A DNA stretch of 64,000 bases, from positions 608,001-672,000 of the forward strand of contig CAVVMW010000023.1 in assembly GCA_963749495.1 (NCBI GenBank), written 5' to 3'. The notes below the pieces were generated by a model. It worked only from the letters and a program-made list of their open reading frames with translations. It made no database searches and was not told where the DNA came from. Both the position numbers and the translations under genes were made by a program. Shown here one piece after another: positions 40,439 to 50,472 of this stretch. Every line of letters begins with the position of its first letter. The stretch's first letter is position 1. The DNA is from an uncultured bacterium. Its GTDB lineage: Bacteria; Verrucomicrobiota; Verrucomicrobiia; Limisphaerales; UBA8199.

Positions 40439-42694
40439 CTAATGGATGTTGATCGTGACCGTGCCCGTTGCTGTGCGCGCCGCCGCATCGGTCACGGTGG
40501 CCGTAAAGGAGAATTGACCGCTCTGGGTGGGCGTGCCGGAGAGCACGCCGCCGCTGGACAGGCTCAGGCCCGGGGGTGGCGGCGCCGAGTTGGCAACCAG
40601 AGACCACACGTACGGGGCCTGGCCGCCTGTCAAGGGCACCGCCTCCGAGTAAGGCTGGTTGGCCGCGCCGTCGGGCATCGCCCCGCCGATCCGAAAGAGC
40701 ACCTGCGACTCGAGCGCATCGAGGGTCAGGCTCGACGGGTAAATGACCGGGGCGTTGGTGCTGCCGTCGAACGAGGCAAAGGCCACCACCGTTGCGTTGG
40801 TCTCGCTGAGCCCCGGATATCCATTGATGTGAAGCGGGTAGGCCGTGTTGTAATCGATGTCGATGCCCTGGGACAGAGAGGGAATCAGCGTCCCCGGGCC
40901 GAAGTGGGCGGGCAAGGCATTGGCAGTCATGGCAGTGGCGGAGATCGCCGTGCGTCTGATGCCCGTGGGAATGTCCTCCATGTCCAGGGCCCGGAAGAGG
41001 ACATCAGGGGCAGTGACGACGCGCTGGTATTGCTGGACCGATGCCTCGCCATTGGTGATGGCAACCACCTGGTAGTAATTGGTCACCGGCTGGAAGAAAC
41101 GGCCCAGGAGTGAATCGTAGCTGGTGTGCTGGAACTGGACGCAATTCATCCCCGCCCGGAGTGTGGTATTGGTGCCGATGCACTGGACCGGCAGGACGAA
41201 GAACTCATGGTTGGTGTGATACGTGACGACCTGCTGGGAGAACACCTCCAGGAAGGTGTTGCTGCCGCCGCCGGTGGTGTTCGTGGCACTCGACGTGCTA
41301 TTGGTTAACGTCACCGTGTTGGTGACGGTCACCACAACGTTGGTCAAAGTGTTGGTGAAGCTGAGCAGGTTGGCCAGGATCTGCAGGTCACAGGTATTGG
41401 CCGGCAGGAGGAAATACTCGCCGACGACCTGGTTGGTGATGAAGTAGCGGGTGCTGACGTTGGTCGTCATGGCCAGCGTGCCATAGGGCATGTATGGAGT
41501 ATTGCTCGGGTTGACACTGATGGTCTGGAGCGCGGCCACCGCCCGGCCGGTGAAAACCGAGGGGTCATCGATCAGGTAATTGGTCCAAGCCCCGCTGACG
41601 GACTCCACGACCTCGAGGTTCCCGAAGTGATGCGTATAGCGCATCTGGACGGTGGGCACGTAATTGGTCGTCAGGACCAGCACCGGGATGTTGTTGGTGC
41701 TGTAGGGCGAGTAAGGGTAATTGGTGTAATAGCCGGTCGTGACCGGGACATTGATGATGACGGGGTAGTTGGTGCCGGGGGCGGAGAGGACCGCGGCAGG
41801 AAGGAGGGTGGCCAATGCGGCATCGCTGTTGGTCAGGGCGAGGTCCGCCAGGGCATTGAGGTTGGACGTGAACAAAGTCTGGCCGGCGGCGCCGTTCGTG
41901 AAGTAGAGGGTGCTGTCCGGCGAGGCCGACTCCCAGGCGATGTTGTTGGTGCCGTAGAGATCCTTGAAACCGCCCACATCATCCTGGGTCAGCCGAGTGG
42001 TATATTGACCGAGGCTCACGGTATCCGAGGCGACTGTGGAATTATAGCCGAAGGGAACGCCATCGACCAGGAAGGACTCGGCGAGGGCGGTCCAGGGAGG
42101 GGGGGTTTGGCCGCAGTCCTCGCGGATGACATAGCTGTAGAGTTGGCCATTGATGTAGGCGCTGGGCAACAGGGTGAAGGGGTCGTAGTTCCGCATGACC
42201 ACCGTGTAGGTGCAGTTGGTGGGACAGGCCGGGCAAGTGCGGGTGCGCAGCGACCAGACGAAGCGCTGTGGATAGGAGAGGCCCAACTCCTCCATCATGC
42301 ATTTGAGGGCCGAGCTCTTGAGGTCGATCAAGTTGAGTTGCTGGGCGCGGTAATTGATGCGGTTGCCCTCGGTCGGGATGGCGCTCAGGTCCGTGGCCGA
42401 GAGATTGGTCAGGGTGTGGTTGAGCATGTCCATGCCCTGGTCGATAACGGCGACGCCGTTGGTGCCGAAGAATTGGAGAAAAGACTCTTCGAAGGCGTAG
42501 TAATTGGTGGGGGTGTTCCAGCGATAGCCTTCACCCAGGGCCTTGGGCGCGCCGATGTCCTGGGCCTGATTGTAGCCGAGGAGAATCGTCTGGTAGGCCT
42601 CGTTGTACGGGCCGATTAGCGAGAAGCCCAAGGCGGACTCCAGGCCCAGGGCCAGCACCGCCAGGCAGCCTAATCGTTTTGCAAATCGCAGCAT
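40439..42694 (-). CDS. Secreted protein with degenerate matrixin-like N-terminal domain and C-terminal putative Ig (He_PIG-like) domain
   Basis: Signal peptide MLRFAKR...ALG-F; MMEELGL and LTQDDVGGFKDLYG; GGQAPYVWS...PPGLSLSSGGVLSGTPT. Confidence 0.75.
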   Translation of the reverse strand: MLRFAKRLGCLAVLALGLESALGFSLIGPYNEAYQTILLGYNQAQDIGAPKALGEGYRWNTPTNYYAFEESFLQFFGTNGVAVIDQGMDMLNHTLTNLSATDLSAIPTEGNRINYRAQQLNLIDLKSSALKCMMEELGLSYPQRFVWSLRTRTCPACPTNCTYTVVMRNYDPFTLLPSAYINGQLYSYVIREDCGQTPPPWTALAESFLVDGVPFGYNSTVASDTVSLGQYTTRLTQDDVGGFKDLYGTNNIAWESASPDSTLYFTNGAAGQTLFTSNLNALADLALTNSDAALATLLPAAVLSAPGTNYPVIINVPVTTGYYTNYPYSPYSTNNIPVLVLTTNYVPTVQMRYTHHFGNLEVVESVSGAWTNYLIDDPSVFTGRAVAALQTISVNPSNTPYMPYGTLAMTTNVSTRYFITNQVVGEYFLLPANTCDLQILANLLSFTNTLTNVVVTVTNTVTLTNSTSSATNTTGGGSNTFLEVFSQQVVTYHTNHEFFVLPVQCIGTNTTLRAGMNCVQFQHTSYDSLLGRFFQPVTNYYQVVAITNGEASVQQYQRVVTAPDVLFRALDMEDIPTGIRRTAISATAMTANALPAHFGPGTLIPSLSQGIDIDYNTAYPLHINGYPGLSETNATVVAFASFDGSTNAPVIYPSSLTLDALESQVLFRIGGAMPDGAANQPYSEAVPLTGGQAPYVWSLVANSAPPPPGLSLSSGGVLSGTPTQSGQFSFTATVTDAAARTATGTVTINIH

Positions 42695-42717
42695 AAGAAA
42701 CTCAGTTGTTGGACGGT

Positions 42718-45247
42718 TCACTGTGCCGGGGCCATATAGACCTGCCCGCTCTGGCTGGGGCCCAGGAAGTAGCCGAAGCCGTTGGTCAACTCGAACATCA
42801 CACCCTGGAACGAAATGGTCTTGTGCAAGTCCGGGTTGAGCGCGGAGCCGTTGAACAGGCCGGTGGCGTTGTTCAGGCCCAGGGTGAACGACTTGGCCCC
42901 CGGGTTCACCATCCGGGAGCGCGAGTCCAGGCCGAAGGTGTTGGTCCAGGCGCCCGTCAAGCCGCCGCCGCTCAGGATGAGCTCCGCGTGGTTCCAACCC
43001 CTGGACCCGGCCCCGGCCGCCGGCGGCGCATAAACCGCGCCGACGCTCACGACCTCGTTGGTGAAGGCCGGCGTCGAGGCCTTGGCCGTCGAGATAGCCG
43101 GCTTGATCCAGACCGTCTGGCCGAAGAGGTCGCACGAAGGATCGTTGGCGAACTGCACCCAGCTCATCACCAGGCCATTGCCGCCGTAGAGCGAGGCAAA
43201 CAGGGGCCAGTAACCTTGCCTCGAAATCGTCGTGCTCTGCGTCACCTTGGTGCCATCGGCCAGCGCGCCGCTCCATTGGAGATTGCCCGCGGCATCAACC
43301 TTGATCGTTCCGCAGCCGTGGCCGGCAGGCGTGGCCGTGGCAGCCGGGTCGCCGCGGATGACCAGCGTGTAGTTTCCCGCAAAGGCGCTCGCCCGGTTTG
43401 TCTTGAGGTCGAAGACCTGCCGGAAGGCCAGCAAGTCCGCGGACCAGGCGCTGCCCGAGGAGACACTTCCGACGATCTGCTCGCTGGTGGAGAGGTCCAG
43501 GCGCAACTGGATGGTCAGGGCCGGCAGCGCGGCGCCGCGCGAGACCGTCCTGGTCTGCAGGCCTGTGGCGGGATTGAAGTCCAGCCCGGTGGCGGGATCG
43601 AACTTGCCGGAGAGGGAATAGGTGCGGTTGCCCAGGGCGAGCTTGGCGCTGTAAGCGCCGCCGCGCGTGACTTTGGCGCTGAACAGGCCCGAACTCAAGG
43701 CGCTGGCGCCATTGGTATCCGAAAAGACCCCGCTGTAGGCCCCCTGGGCCAGGATGAGCGCGTTGGAAAGGACGCCGCCCTGGACCGTGAGAACCGGGAA
43801 AACGATCTCCGGCGGCGTGGCGTTTGTGGTCGGGGGCGTCGTCCCTGTGGTCGCGTCGGGCGCAGCCGGCGGGGCGGTCAGGAAGGGGTCGTAAGCCGGG
43901 GCGCCATACGCCGGCGTGGGTCCTGGCGCCGCCGGCACATAGCCGGCGCTGGCATAGACCTGGCCCAGAACATCGAAACTGTTGAACCCGCCGGCATAGC
44001 TGGACCAAACCGCAAGGAAGCGCGCGGAGCCGTCGGAGGCCACGGCCGGGTGCATCTGCTGAAAGAAGTTGCTCGTGTTGACGCGAAACTCATTGGTCCC
44101 CTCCGGTGAGCCGTCGCTTCGCAGGAACCGGCCGAAGATTCCCAGGCTCGAACCCGGTCTGGTCGGCGCTGGTCCAAGTGACCAGGTACTCGCCGCCCAG
44201 CGCGCTCACCGAGGGCGCGTACTGATCGCCTGTCAAAAAGGAATTAACGCGGTTGACCGGGCCGCCAATGCTGTTGGTGAACGGGCGGCTGTAGATGTCC
44301 AGTCCGTTGGACGGCGTCCCCAAGTCCTTCTGCGCCCAGGCCACCACGAAACCGCCATCCGGCGCGCCCACAACGGCCGGCATCGAGCAGGCATTGATCA
44401 GGCTGGTGCTGACCTGGATTTCGTTGCTCACAGGCTGGCCCGAGGCCCCGTAAACCCGAGCGTAGATCTCGACGCTCGGCAATCCCTGCGGGATCTGGAG
44501 TTGGATCGGGATATCCCCCGGCGAGCTGTCCACCTGGTTGTTCTCCTGCTCCGAGACCCAGACCACCACAAAGCCGCCACCCGTGAGGGGGGCCACCGCC
44601 GGGTCGCGCTGGTTGAAGGGCGTGAAGGTATTGACCAGGAACTCATTGCCCGCCTTCTGGCCCGCCGGGGTCAGGACCTGGCCATAAACATCCTGCATGC
44701 TGCCGGCGCTCTGCTGGTTGTAGCTGCCATAGACAATCACCACGTTGCCGTTGGCCAGCACCGCCAGGCTCGGGTGCTTGCGGAAACCGGGGCCGGTGAA
44801 CGTGTTGACCAGCAAATCGCCCGAGAGCCACGTGTTGCTCGGCGAAAGGAACCGCGCGCAGATGTTCTGCTGCCCCAGCGCGCCGCCCTGCCAGGCAAAA
44901 ACCGCCCCGCCTCCGTTGAGCAAGGCCACCTGGGGCCACTCCTGGTAGCCCTTGGCTATCTGATTGACGCGAAACGGCGCCTGGACCTTGCCAAAAAGGC
45001 TGTCCAGGGCCACGGCCCTGATGCCCGTGCCCTCGGTCCCCATGGCGTTGTCTTCCCAGACGGCATAGCCGCCGCTCGGGCTCAGGCCAAGCCTGGGCCG
45101 CGTCTGATCGCCGGGCAGGCTGCCGCCCACAGGGTATTCGCTGCCATAGGGCGGAGCGAAGGTTGATTGCGCCAGAACGAGGCTGGGCAGAGCGAGGGCC
45201 AAACCCCAGCCGATCACCGTGTTGCGGACGAACAGCGACAATGACAT
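42718..45247 (-). CDS. Secreted protein with EF.VNT...Q..P.VA repeats and the same ~330-aa C-terminal domain (~840 aa; frameshift ~44140)
   Basis: Signal peptide VLA-Q; repeats EFLVNTFTPFNQRDPAVAPLTGGGFVVVW; ORFs 44090..45271 and 42718..44055 continue one repeat series. Confidence 0.8.
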
Positions 45248-45348
45248 AAACGAGTACTGGTTTCTTAACAAACCCAGGCGGGTTTGTCCATGCTTTACTC
45301 AGGGTAAACGCAGTCGGTCAGTGAAGGCGCAATCTGAGTCCCCGGCCA

Positions 45349-45496
45349 ACCCCTCACCCCAGCCCTCTCCCCTTCCGAAGGGGAGAGGGAGGATTCTCGG
45401 CACCGGCTTGAGAAAACGGAGACGCCTGGAATCCTCAGAGACTGCCGACACTTCCCCCTCTCCCCTTCGGAAGGGGAGAGGGTCGGGGTGAGGGGT
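45349..45496. repeat. REP doublet/MITE-like palindrome, copy 3
   Basis: Same structure as 25561-25708. Confidence 0.85.
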
Positions 45497-45635
45497 TTGC
45501 CCGGGGCGTCACCCCCGCGTTCACCGAGGCCGTACGGGTAAATCCGGCGGGGGGCCAAGTCGTGGTTCACAAGGGGCCTCGAGTTAGGATTTGGGCCTGT
45601 CCCCCCCGGGGCCAGGCCGTCGAGCCAAGCGGGGG

Positions 45636-48395
45636 TTACGGCTGCCCCGCAGCCATGGCCCTGGGCTGGGTTGGGATGCCGGTAAAGGGCATCTCGTCCT
45701 CCGAGTGGTAGCGGTTGCCCGCCGGGTCAATGATGGTCGGGGTGACGAAGATCAGGAGGTTCTTCTTTTGAGTCTGGCTGACCTCGTTGCGAAAGAGACG
45801 CCCGATGAGGGGGAGGTCGCCCAGGATTGGGACCTGGTCTTTGAGCTTGCTCACGTTGTCGGAAATCAGGCCGCCCAGGACGATGGTCTGGCCGTCCCAG
45901 ACATTGACCGAGGTGGTCACCTGGCGGATGCGGAAGTGCGGCAGCGGATACTGCGCGGTCACCGGCACCGACAAACCAATGGGGGAGATGGTCTGGATCA
46001 GGATGCCAAACGGACCGGGGGGGTCGTAACCAATGAATTCGATCAGGCTCGGAATCAACGTCATCTGCACGCTGAAGCCGTCAGCCGAGACGTAAGGGAT
46101 GACGTCCAACGTGGGGCCGATCGGGAAGGGGATGGCACTGGGCACGCTCGAAACCGCGCCGGCCCCGCCGCCCACACCCACGCCGCCGACGCCTCCACCG
46201 ACGCCGCCACCGCCAATGCTGCTGTTGACCGTGCTCCCCACAAAGATATTCACCATGTCGATATCCATCATCTCACACTGCCGCCCGCTCTCGGTGGTGA
46301 CCTGGGCCTCGCTCAGGATGTCCACGCCGTCCTTCTGCTGCAGGGCGTGCAGCACGACCTTGAACTGCGGGTCGGTGAGGATGCCGGTGAAGCTGGCCAG
46401 CGCCGGCAGGCTCGGCAGGTTGTTGGCCGTGCCGCGCACGCCGCTGGTCAACTGCCCGTCCGTGGACGACGGCGCATTGGGGGTGCCGTAGGGGAAGAAT
46501 CCCGCCGGGTTGGCGGCACTGGGGGCGCCGGTCAACGTCGGCTGCGAGCCGGAGGAGCCGACTACGCTCCCGCCACTCATCAGAAACTGCCCCAGGAACC
46601 ACTCGAACCCAAAGCCGCGAGAATCGTTCTGGGTCACTTCCACAAACTTGCTCTTGATATTGACCTGCGGCGGCGCAATGTTCAGCACCTGCACCGCCCG
46701 CTCGATGGTGTCCAGGTCCTGCATCGTGGCATAGACCAGCAATGACCCCTCGCGATCGTTGAAGAAAATGCTCTTGCCCGGAGGATTGATGAAATCCACC
46801 CCAACGCCCTCGAAGAAGGCCCGGACAAAGATCTGCTGGGACAAGGTTGCGTTGGTGCGGGTGACCGCCGTGACGCCGCCGCCGACGCCGCCCCCGCCCA
46901 TGCCGCCGCCGCCCATCATGCCGCCGCCCATGCCGCCGCCGCCGCCGCCGGCAATATTGACGTGCGGGACCGTGGCCAAACCGCCGCCCCCGCCCATGCC
47001 GCCCATGCCGCCCATCATGCCCATGCCCCCGCCCATCATGCCCCCGCCCATGCCCCCGCCCATGCCCCCGCCCATGCCCCCGCCGCCGCTGCCGCTGCTG
47101 CTGGAGAGCGACATCAGCAGCGAGGCATAGTCCAGCCCGCTCACGTTCTCCAACCCCTCCTTGAACGTGTTGGGGTTCACCTTGATCACCTTGAAATAGA
47201 GCGGCACCGTCTCCCGCCCTTTCAGGGAGAACACCACCGCGTAGTCCTCGACGGTGTACTTGATCGGCCGGTCGGCGACCTTGAGGATGATCTCCAGGAA
47301 GTCGGCCAGGCGGATGTCGTGCAGGGCCACGTCGAGCTTGATGCCGATCGTGCTCATGTCCACGCTCTCAGCCGGCGCCGCGGCCGTCGGCAGGCCCGTG
47401 GCCGGGTCCGTGGCCGGCGCGGCCGCGGCAGTGGCGCCGGCCGTGTCCGCGTACGGGGCGAGGATGAAATTGAGGCCGCGGCCCTCGGGGTCGCGTTTCC
47501 TGGCCTGGTCGTCGAGGAGCTTGATCACATCGCTGAGGGGCACGCTAGGCATCGGCTTGACTTCATCCAGGCGGATGCGGTCCAGCTTGTTGTAGATGAT
47601 TTGCCGGCCGCGCCCGGTCCAGACGAGGTTGGTGCGGGCATAGAGATTGGGCACAGGCAGCAACTCGGCGCTCGTGTCGATGGCCCACTTGGTCTCGACC
47701 TCGCCCATTCTCTTGCGGGAGGCCAGGTCGCGTTCGTTCATGGCCACGTGGTAGCGGGCCTCGCTGATCAGGTTCAAGTAATAGTAGGCGCCGTCGTTCT
47801 CCGGGTCCACTTTCCTGGCCTGCTTCAACTTGGTCTCGGCCTCGTCCAGTTTGCCCATTTCATAGAGCAGCTTGCCGTCCTGCACCAGGCCGGCGGCCCG
47901 ATGCTTCTCGGCCACGGCGCCCGGCACCATCGCCTCGACATCTTCGCTGGGCGTCTTGTTCGCGTTCTCGGCCACGAGCTTGTCATTGGCCCGGCGGAAC
48001 TCGATGGCCTCGGCGTTGGTGGGGTCAACCCGCAGGACGTCATCCACCTGGACCTTGGCCTCGCGGAAATTGCCGCGGTGCTGGGCGCTGCGGGCCAGTT
48101 CCAGGCGCACGACTGAGAGGCCCGCCCGCACCTGGGCCGCCTCCTGCTCCACGCCCGGCCCGATCTTCTGGACCAGGTCCCAGCAGTCATCGTAAAGCTT
48201 GGCGGCCACGACCGCCTCGCCGTGTTCCTGGGCATCGCGGGCCTTGATCACAGTATTGCGCAGGAGGATGCAATTGGCCTGCCGATAGACTGCCTCTCTG
48301 ATTGCCACGTCCTTGTCGGCAACTTGCGCGCAAGCCGCCGTGAGGGACGCCAGCAGTAGTGTGAGGCCGAGGTAGGGGGTAGCTGCTTTCATCAT
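45636..48395 (-). CDS. Secretin (PilQ/GspD family, Amuc_1098-like) with N-terminal TPRs and Gly-Met insert
   Basis: PQVNIKSKFVEV, VTTSVNVWDGQTIVLGGLI, VPILGDLPLIGRLFR, KNLLIFVTPTII. Confidence 0.95.
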   Translation of the reverse strand: MMKAATPYLGLTLLLASLTAACAQVADKDVAIREAVYRQANCILLRNTVIKARDAQEHGEAVVAAKLYDDCWDLVQKIGPGVEQEAAQVRAGLSVVRLELARSAQHRGNFREAKVQVDDVLRVDPTNAEAIEFRRANDKLVAENANKTPSEDVEAMVPGAVAEKHRAAGLVQDGKLLYEMGKLDEAETKLKQARKVDPENDGAYYYLNLISEARYHVAMNERDLASRKRMGEVETKWAIDTSAELLPVPNLYARTNLVWTGRGRQIIYNKLDRIRLDEVKPMPSVPLSDVIKLLDDQARKRDPEGRGLNFILAPYADTAGATAAAAPATDPATGLPTAAAPAESVDMSTIGIKLDVALHDIRLADFLEIILKVADRPIKYTVEDYAVVFSLKGRETVPLYFKVIKVNPNTFKEGLENVSGLDYASLLMSLSSSSGSGGGGMGGGMGGGMGGGMMGGGMGMMGGMGGMGGGGGLATVPHVNIAGGGGGGMGGGMMGGGGMGGGGVGGGVTAVTRTNATLSQQIFVRAFFEGVGVDFINPPGKSIFFNDREGSLLVYATMQDLDTIERAVQVLNIAPPQVNIKSKFVEVTQNDSRGFGFEWFLGQFLMSGGSVVGSSGSQPTLTGAPSAANPAGFFPYGTPNAPSSTDGQLTSGVRGTANNLPSLPALASFTGILTDPQFKVVLHALQQKDGVDILSEAQVTTESGRQCEMMDIDMVNIFVGSTVNSSIGGGGVGGGVGGVGVGGGAGAVSSVPSAIPFPIGPTLDVIPYVSADGFSVQMTLIPSLIEFIGYDPPGPFGILIQTISPIGLSVPVTAQYPLPHFRIRQVTTSVNVWDGQTIVLGGLISDNVSKLKDQVPILGDLPLIGRLFRNEVSQTQKKNLLIFVTPTIIDPAGNRYHSEDEMPFTGIPTQPRAMAAGQP

Positions 48396-48450
48396 GGTTC
48401 AGGTGGTTCTGTCAAACACTAACGCGGTTCAAGGTGTGCAAATAAACCAA

Positions 48451-49263
48451 CTAATCGGGACTGCTCTCTGGGACGATGGTCCACTTCTTTCCGTTGGACT
48501 TGGCTCGGAGGACGACCTCGCCCCTGGTAATCGAGACGATGTCGTAATCCTCGCCGCCGAAACTGAGGGGCGGACCCTGGTTGGCCCGGCGGTTGGCCCA
48601 GGCCAGGCGGCTGTCCGGCCCGTATTTGAGGTCGGCCGTGTAACCGTCCACTCGCCGGAAGACGTTGGTCTTTTCATTGGAGAGCGCCACTTCCTGGCCG
48701 GTGTCGTTGAGGACGACCACGACATTGGTGGGATTGTCCAGGGGGCCTCCGAATGCCTTGACGGTGAAGATCACGTTCTTGTCGCCCACTTTGCAGTAGC
48801 GGGTGCTCTTGGCCCGCTCCTTGGGGGTGCGCGCCGCCTCCCGCTTGACCCCAATGAGGAATTTCGGCTCGTTGCCCTCGGGCGTGATGTTGTCCAAGTT
48901 CAGTTCCAGGTAAAGCTTGTGCAGCTTGGTCACCTGCACCGCCCTGGGACCAATGTGGCTGGAGTCCAGCCTGACCAGCCGGGCGTCGGGCGTCTTCTGC
49001 CATGGCATCGGGTTGAACAGCTTGTGCGGCGAGGCCAAATCCAGCACCACCGGCGCCGCCACCCGCTGCAACACCAACTGAAAGGCGCTCAAATCCAACT
49101 CCGCCAACGGCGTCACCCTCGGCGCCTTCAACTCGGCCGCCTTGTTCTGCAAATCCTCCTTCTCGCTGGCAATTTTCAGGAACAGGAATGCCACGGCCCC
49201 GGCCAGCCCCAGCAGGACGGCGCCCAGGAGGACCTTCTCGTAATGTTTCTTCAGGAAATCCAT
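48451..49263 (-). CDS. Membrane-anchored periplasmic protein in the PilP/GspC position (Amuc_1099-like)
   Basis: MDFLKKHYEKVLL plus TM helix; lies between the Amuc_1100-like gene and the secretin. Confidence 0.7.
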   Translation of the reverse strand: MDFLKKHYEKVLLGAVLLGLAGAVAFLFLKIASEKEDLQNKAAELKAPRVTPLAELDLSAFQLVLQRVAAPVVLDLASPHKLFNPMPWQKTPDARLVRLDSSHIGPRAVQVTKLHKLYLELNLDNITPEGNEPKFLIGVKREAARTPKERAKSTRYCKVGDKNVIFTVKAFGGPLDNPTNVVVVLNDTGQEVALSNEKTNVFRRVDGYTADLKYGPDSRLAWANRRANQGPPLSFGGEDYDIVSITRGEVVLRAKSNGKKWTIVPESSPD

Positions 49264-49274
49264 CGTGTCTTGGC

Positions 49275-50468
49275 CTATTTGGCGGAGGCGGGTTTGGAGT
49301 CCAGCTTCACGATGCCGAGCATCATCGTGACCTTCAATTGCTTTTCATCGAGCACGACGTTCGGGCCGCTCTTGCCGGGCGCGCCGGGCGGCGGGGCGGT
49401 GGCCGGGTTGAGGCCGATGATCCCCACCGTCGAAGACGGAGGAGGTGGAGGGGGCGCACCGGGTCTGCCGCCGGGGCCGTATCCGCCGGGGCCGCCGGAT
49501 CCGCCGGGGCCGTATCTATTTCTATTCATCGCTGCGCCATAGCGTTTCTCGAAGTTCATTCGGGTGATGGCCCGTTGCCGGGCCTCATCAATGGCCTGCG
49601 TCGTGGTGGGGGCCGGCAGGCCAGGGGCCGGCGCAACCGCCGTGGTTGCAACGGTGGGGAGGACCTCCAGGCCCGGCGCGCCGGGGACCAGTCCCTCGAC
49701 GTTGATGGCCTTGACGATCATGGCATACGGGGACTTGGCAAACCCGGCGATGACCGCGCCCAGTTCCTGGCTGAAGCATCGGAAGGTCAGCTCATAAGGG
49801 CTGATCACCACCTTGTAGGCCGGGTTGGTCTGGGACAGTTCGCCCAAATAATCGCCGGTGCTGCTGCCGGCCCTGTCGTCAGGCGAGGCTGCTTCCCGCC
49901 GGATGCTGTCGATGGCGTTGATCTTGGCCGCGAAGAGCACATCGCAGATGGCCCTGACCTCGCCCAACTGCACGGCCAGCAGGTCGAGGCTGCCCGGGGT
50001 AAAGGAGAGCTTGCGGGCCTGGTTCTGGAAGGAGAAAGAATAATCGTTGGGCAGGACGATGCTGGCGTTGGTGGCCTCGCGTTGGAGTTGGTTGATCGTG
50101 CGGCTGAAGTTGGTGGCGAAGGCCATGTCCGTGAGCTTGGGCACATTGGTGGCGCCGGGCTCGGCCAACTGGGACATGTCGGGGATGGGCGGGATGCGCT
50201 CGAAATGCTTGCGGGCCTGCTCGAGCATGGCCACCACCTGCGTCGTCTGGAGGCTGGCCGCCTTGATGTTGTCAATCTTGGAATTGCCCGGATGCGGTTT
50301 CTCGGCATTCTTCTTGCCCAGTTCCTCGTAATACGTGTTGAGCTTGGCCAGGTTGGCGCTGTCCAGTTGCCACTTCGTGTAGAGGAAGAAGCCGGCCAGG
50401 CCGATGAGGGCCAGGGCAACGATGCTGCCGACCAGGAAGTAAAGGTTGCGTTTGAGCCAGGGCATCAT
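49275..50468 (-). CDS. Amuc_1100-like / PilO-like protein
   Basis: MPWLKRN plus TM, coiled coil, LP.DYSFSF, QLGEVRAICDVLF, YELTFRC; position directly after pilM. Confidence 0.75.
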   Translation of the reverse strand: MMPWLKRNLYFLVGSIVALALIGLAGFFLYTKWQLDSANLAKLNTYYEELGKKNAEKPHPGNSKIDNIKAASLQTTQVVAMLEQARKHFERIPPIPDMSQLAEPGATNVPKLTDMAFATNFSRTINQLQREATNASIVLPNDYSFSFQNQARKLSFTPGSLDLLAVQLGEVRAICDVLFAAKINAIDSIRREAASPDDRAGSSTGDYLGELSQTNPAYKVVISPYELTFRCFSQELGAVIAGFAKSPYAMIVKAINVEGLVPGAPGLEVLPTVATTAVAPAPGLPAPTTTQAIDEARQRAITRMNFEKRYGAAMNRNRYGPGGSGGPGGYGPGGRPGAPPPPPPSSTVGIIGLNPATAPPPGAPGKSGPNVVLDEKQLKVTMMLGIVKLDSKPASAK

Positions 50469-50472
50469 ACGA

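Noticed and set aside
42695..43276. N-terminal 194 aa of ORF 40439..43276
   Set aside because: Overlaps the upstream gene in another frame; the signal peptide starts at ATG 42694.
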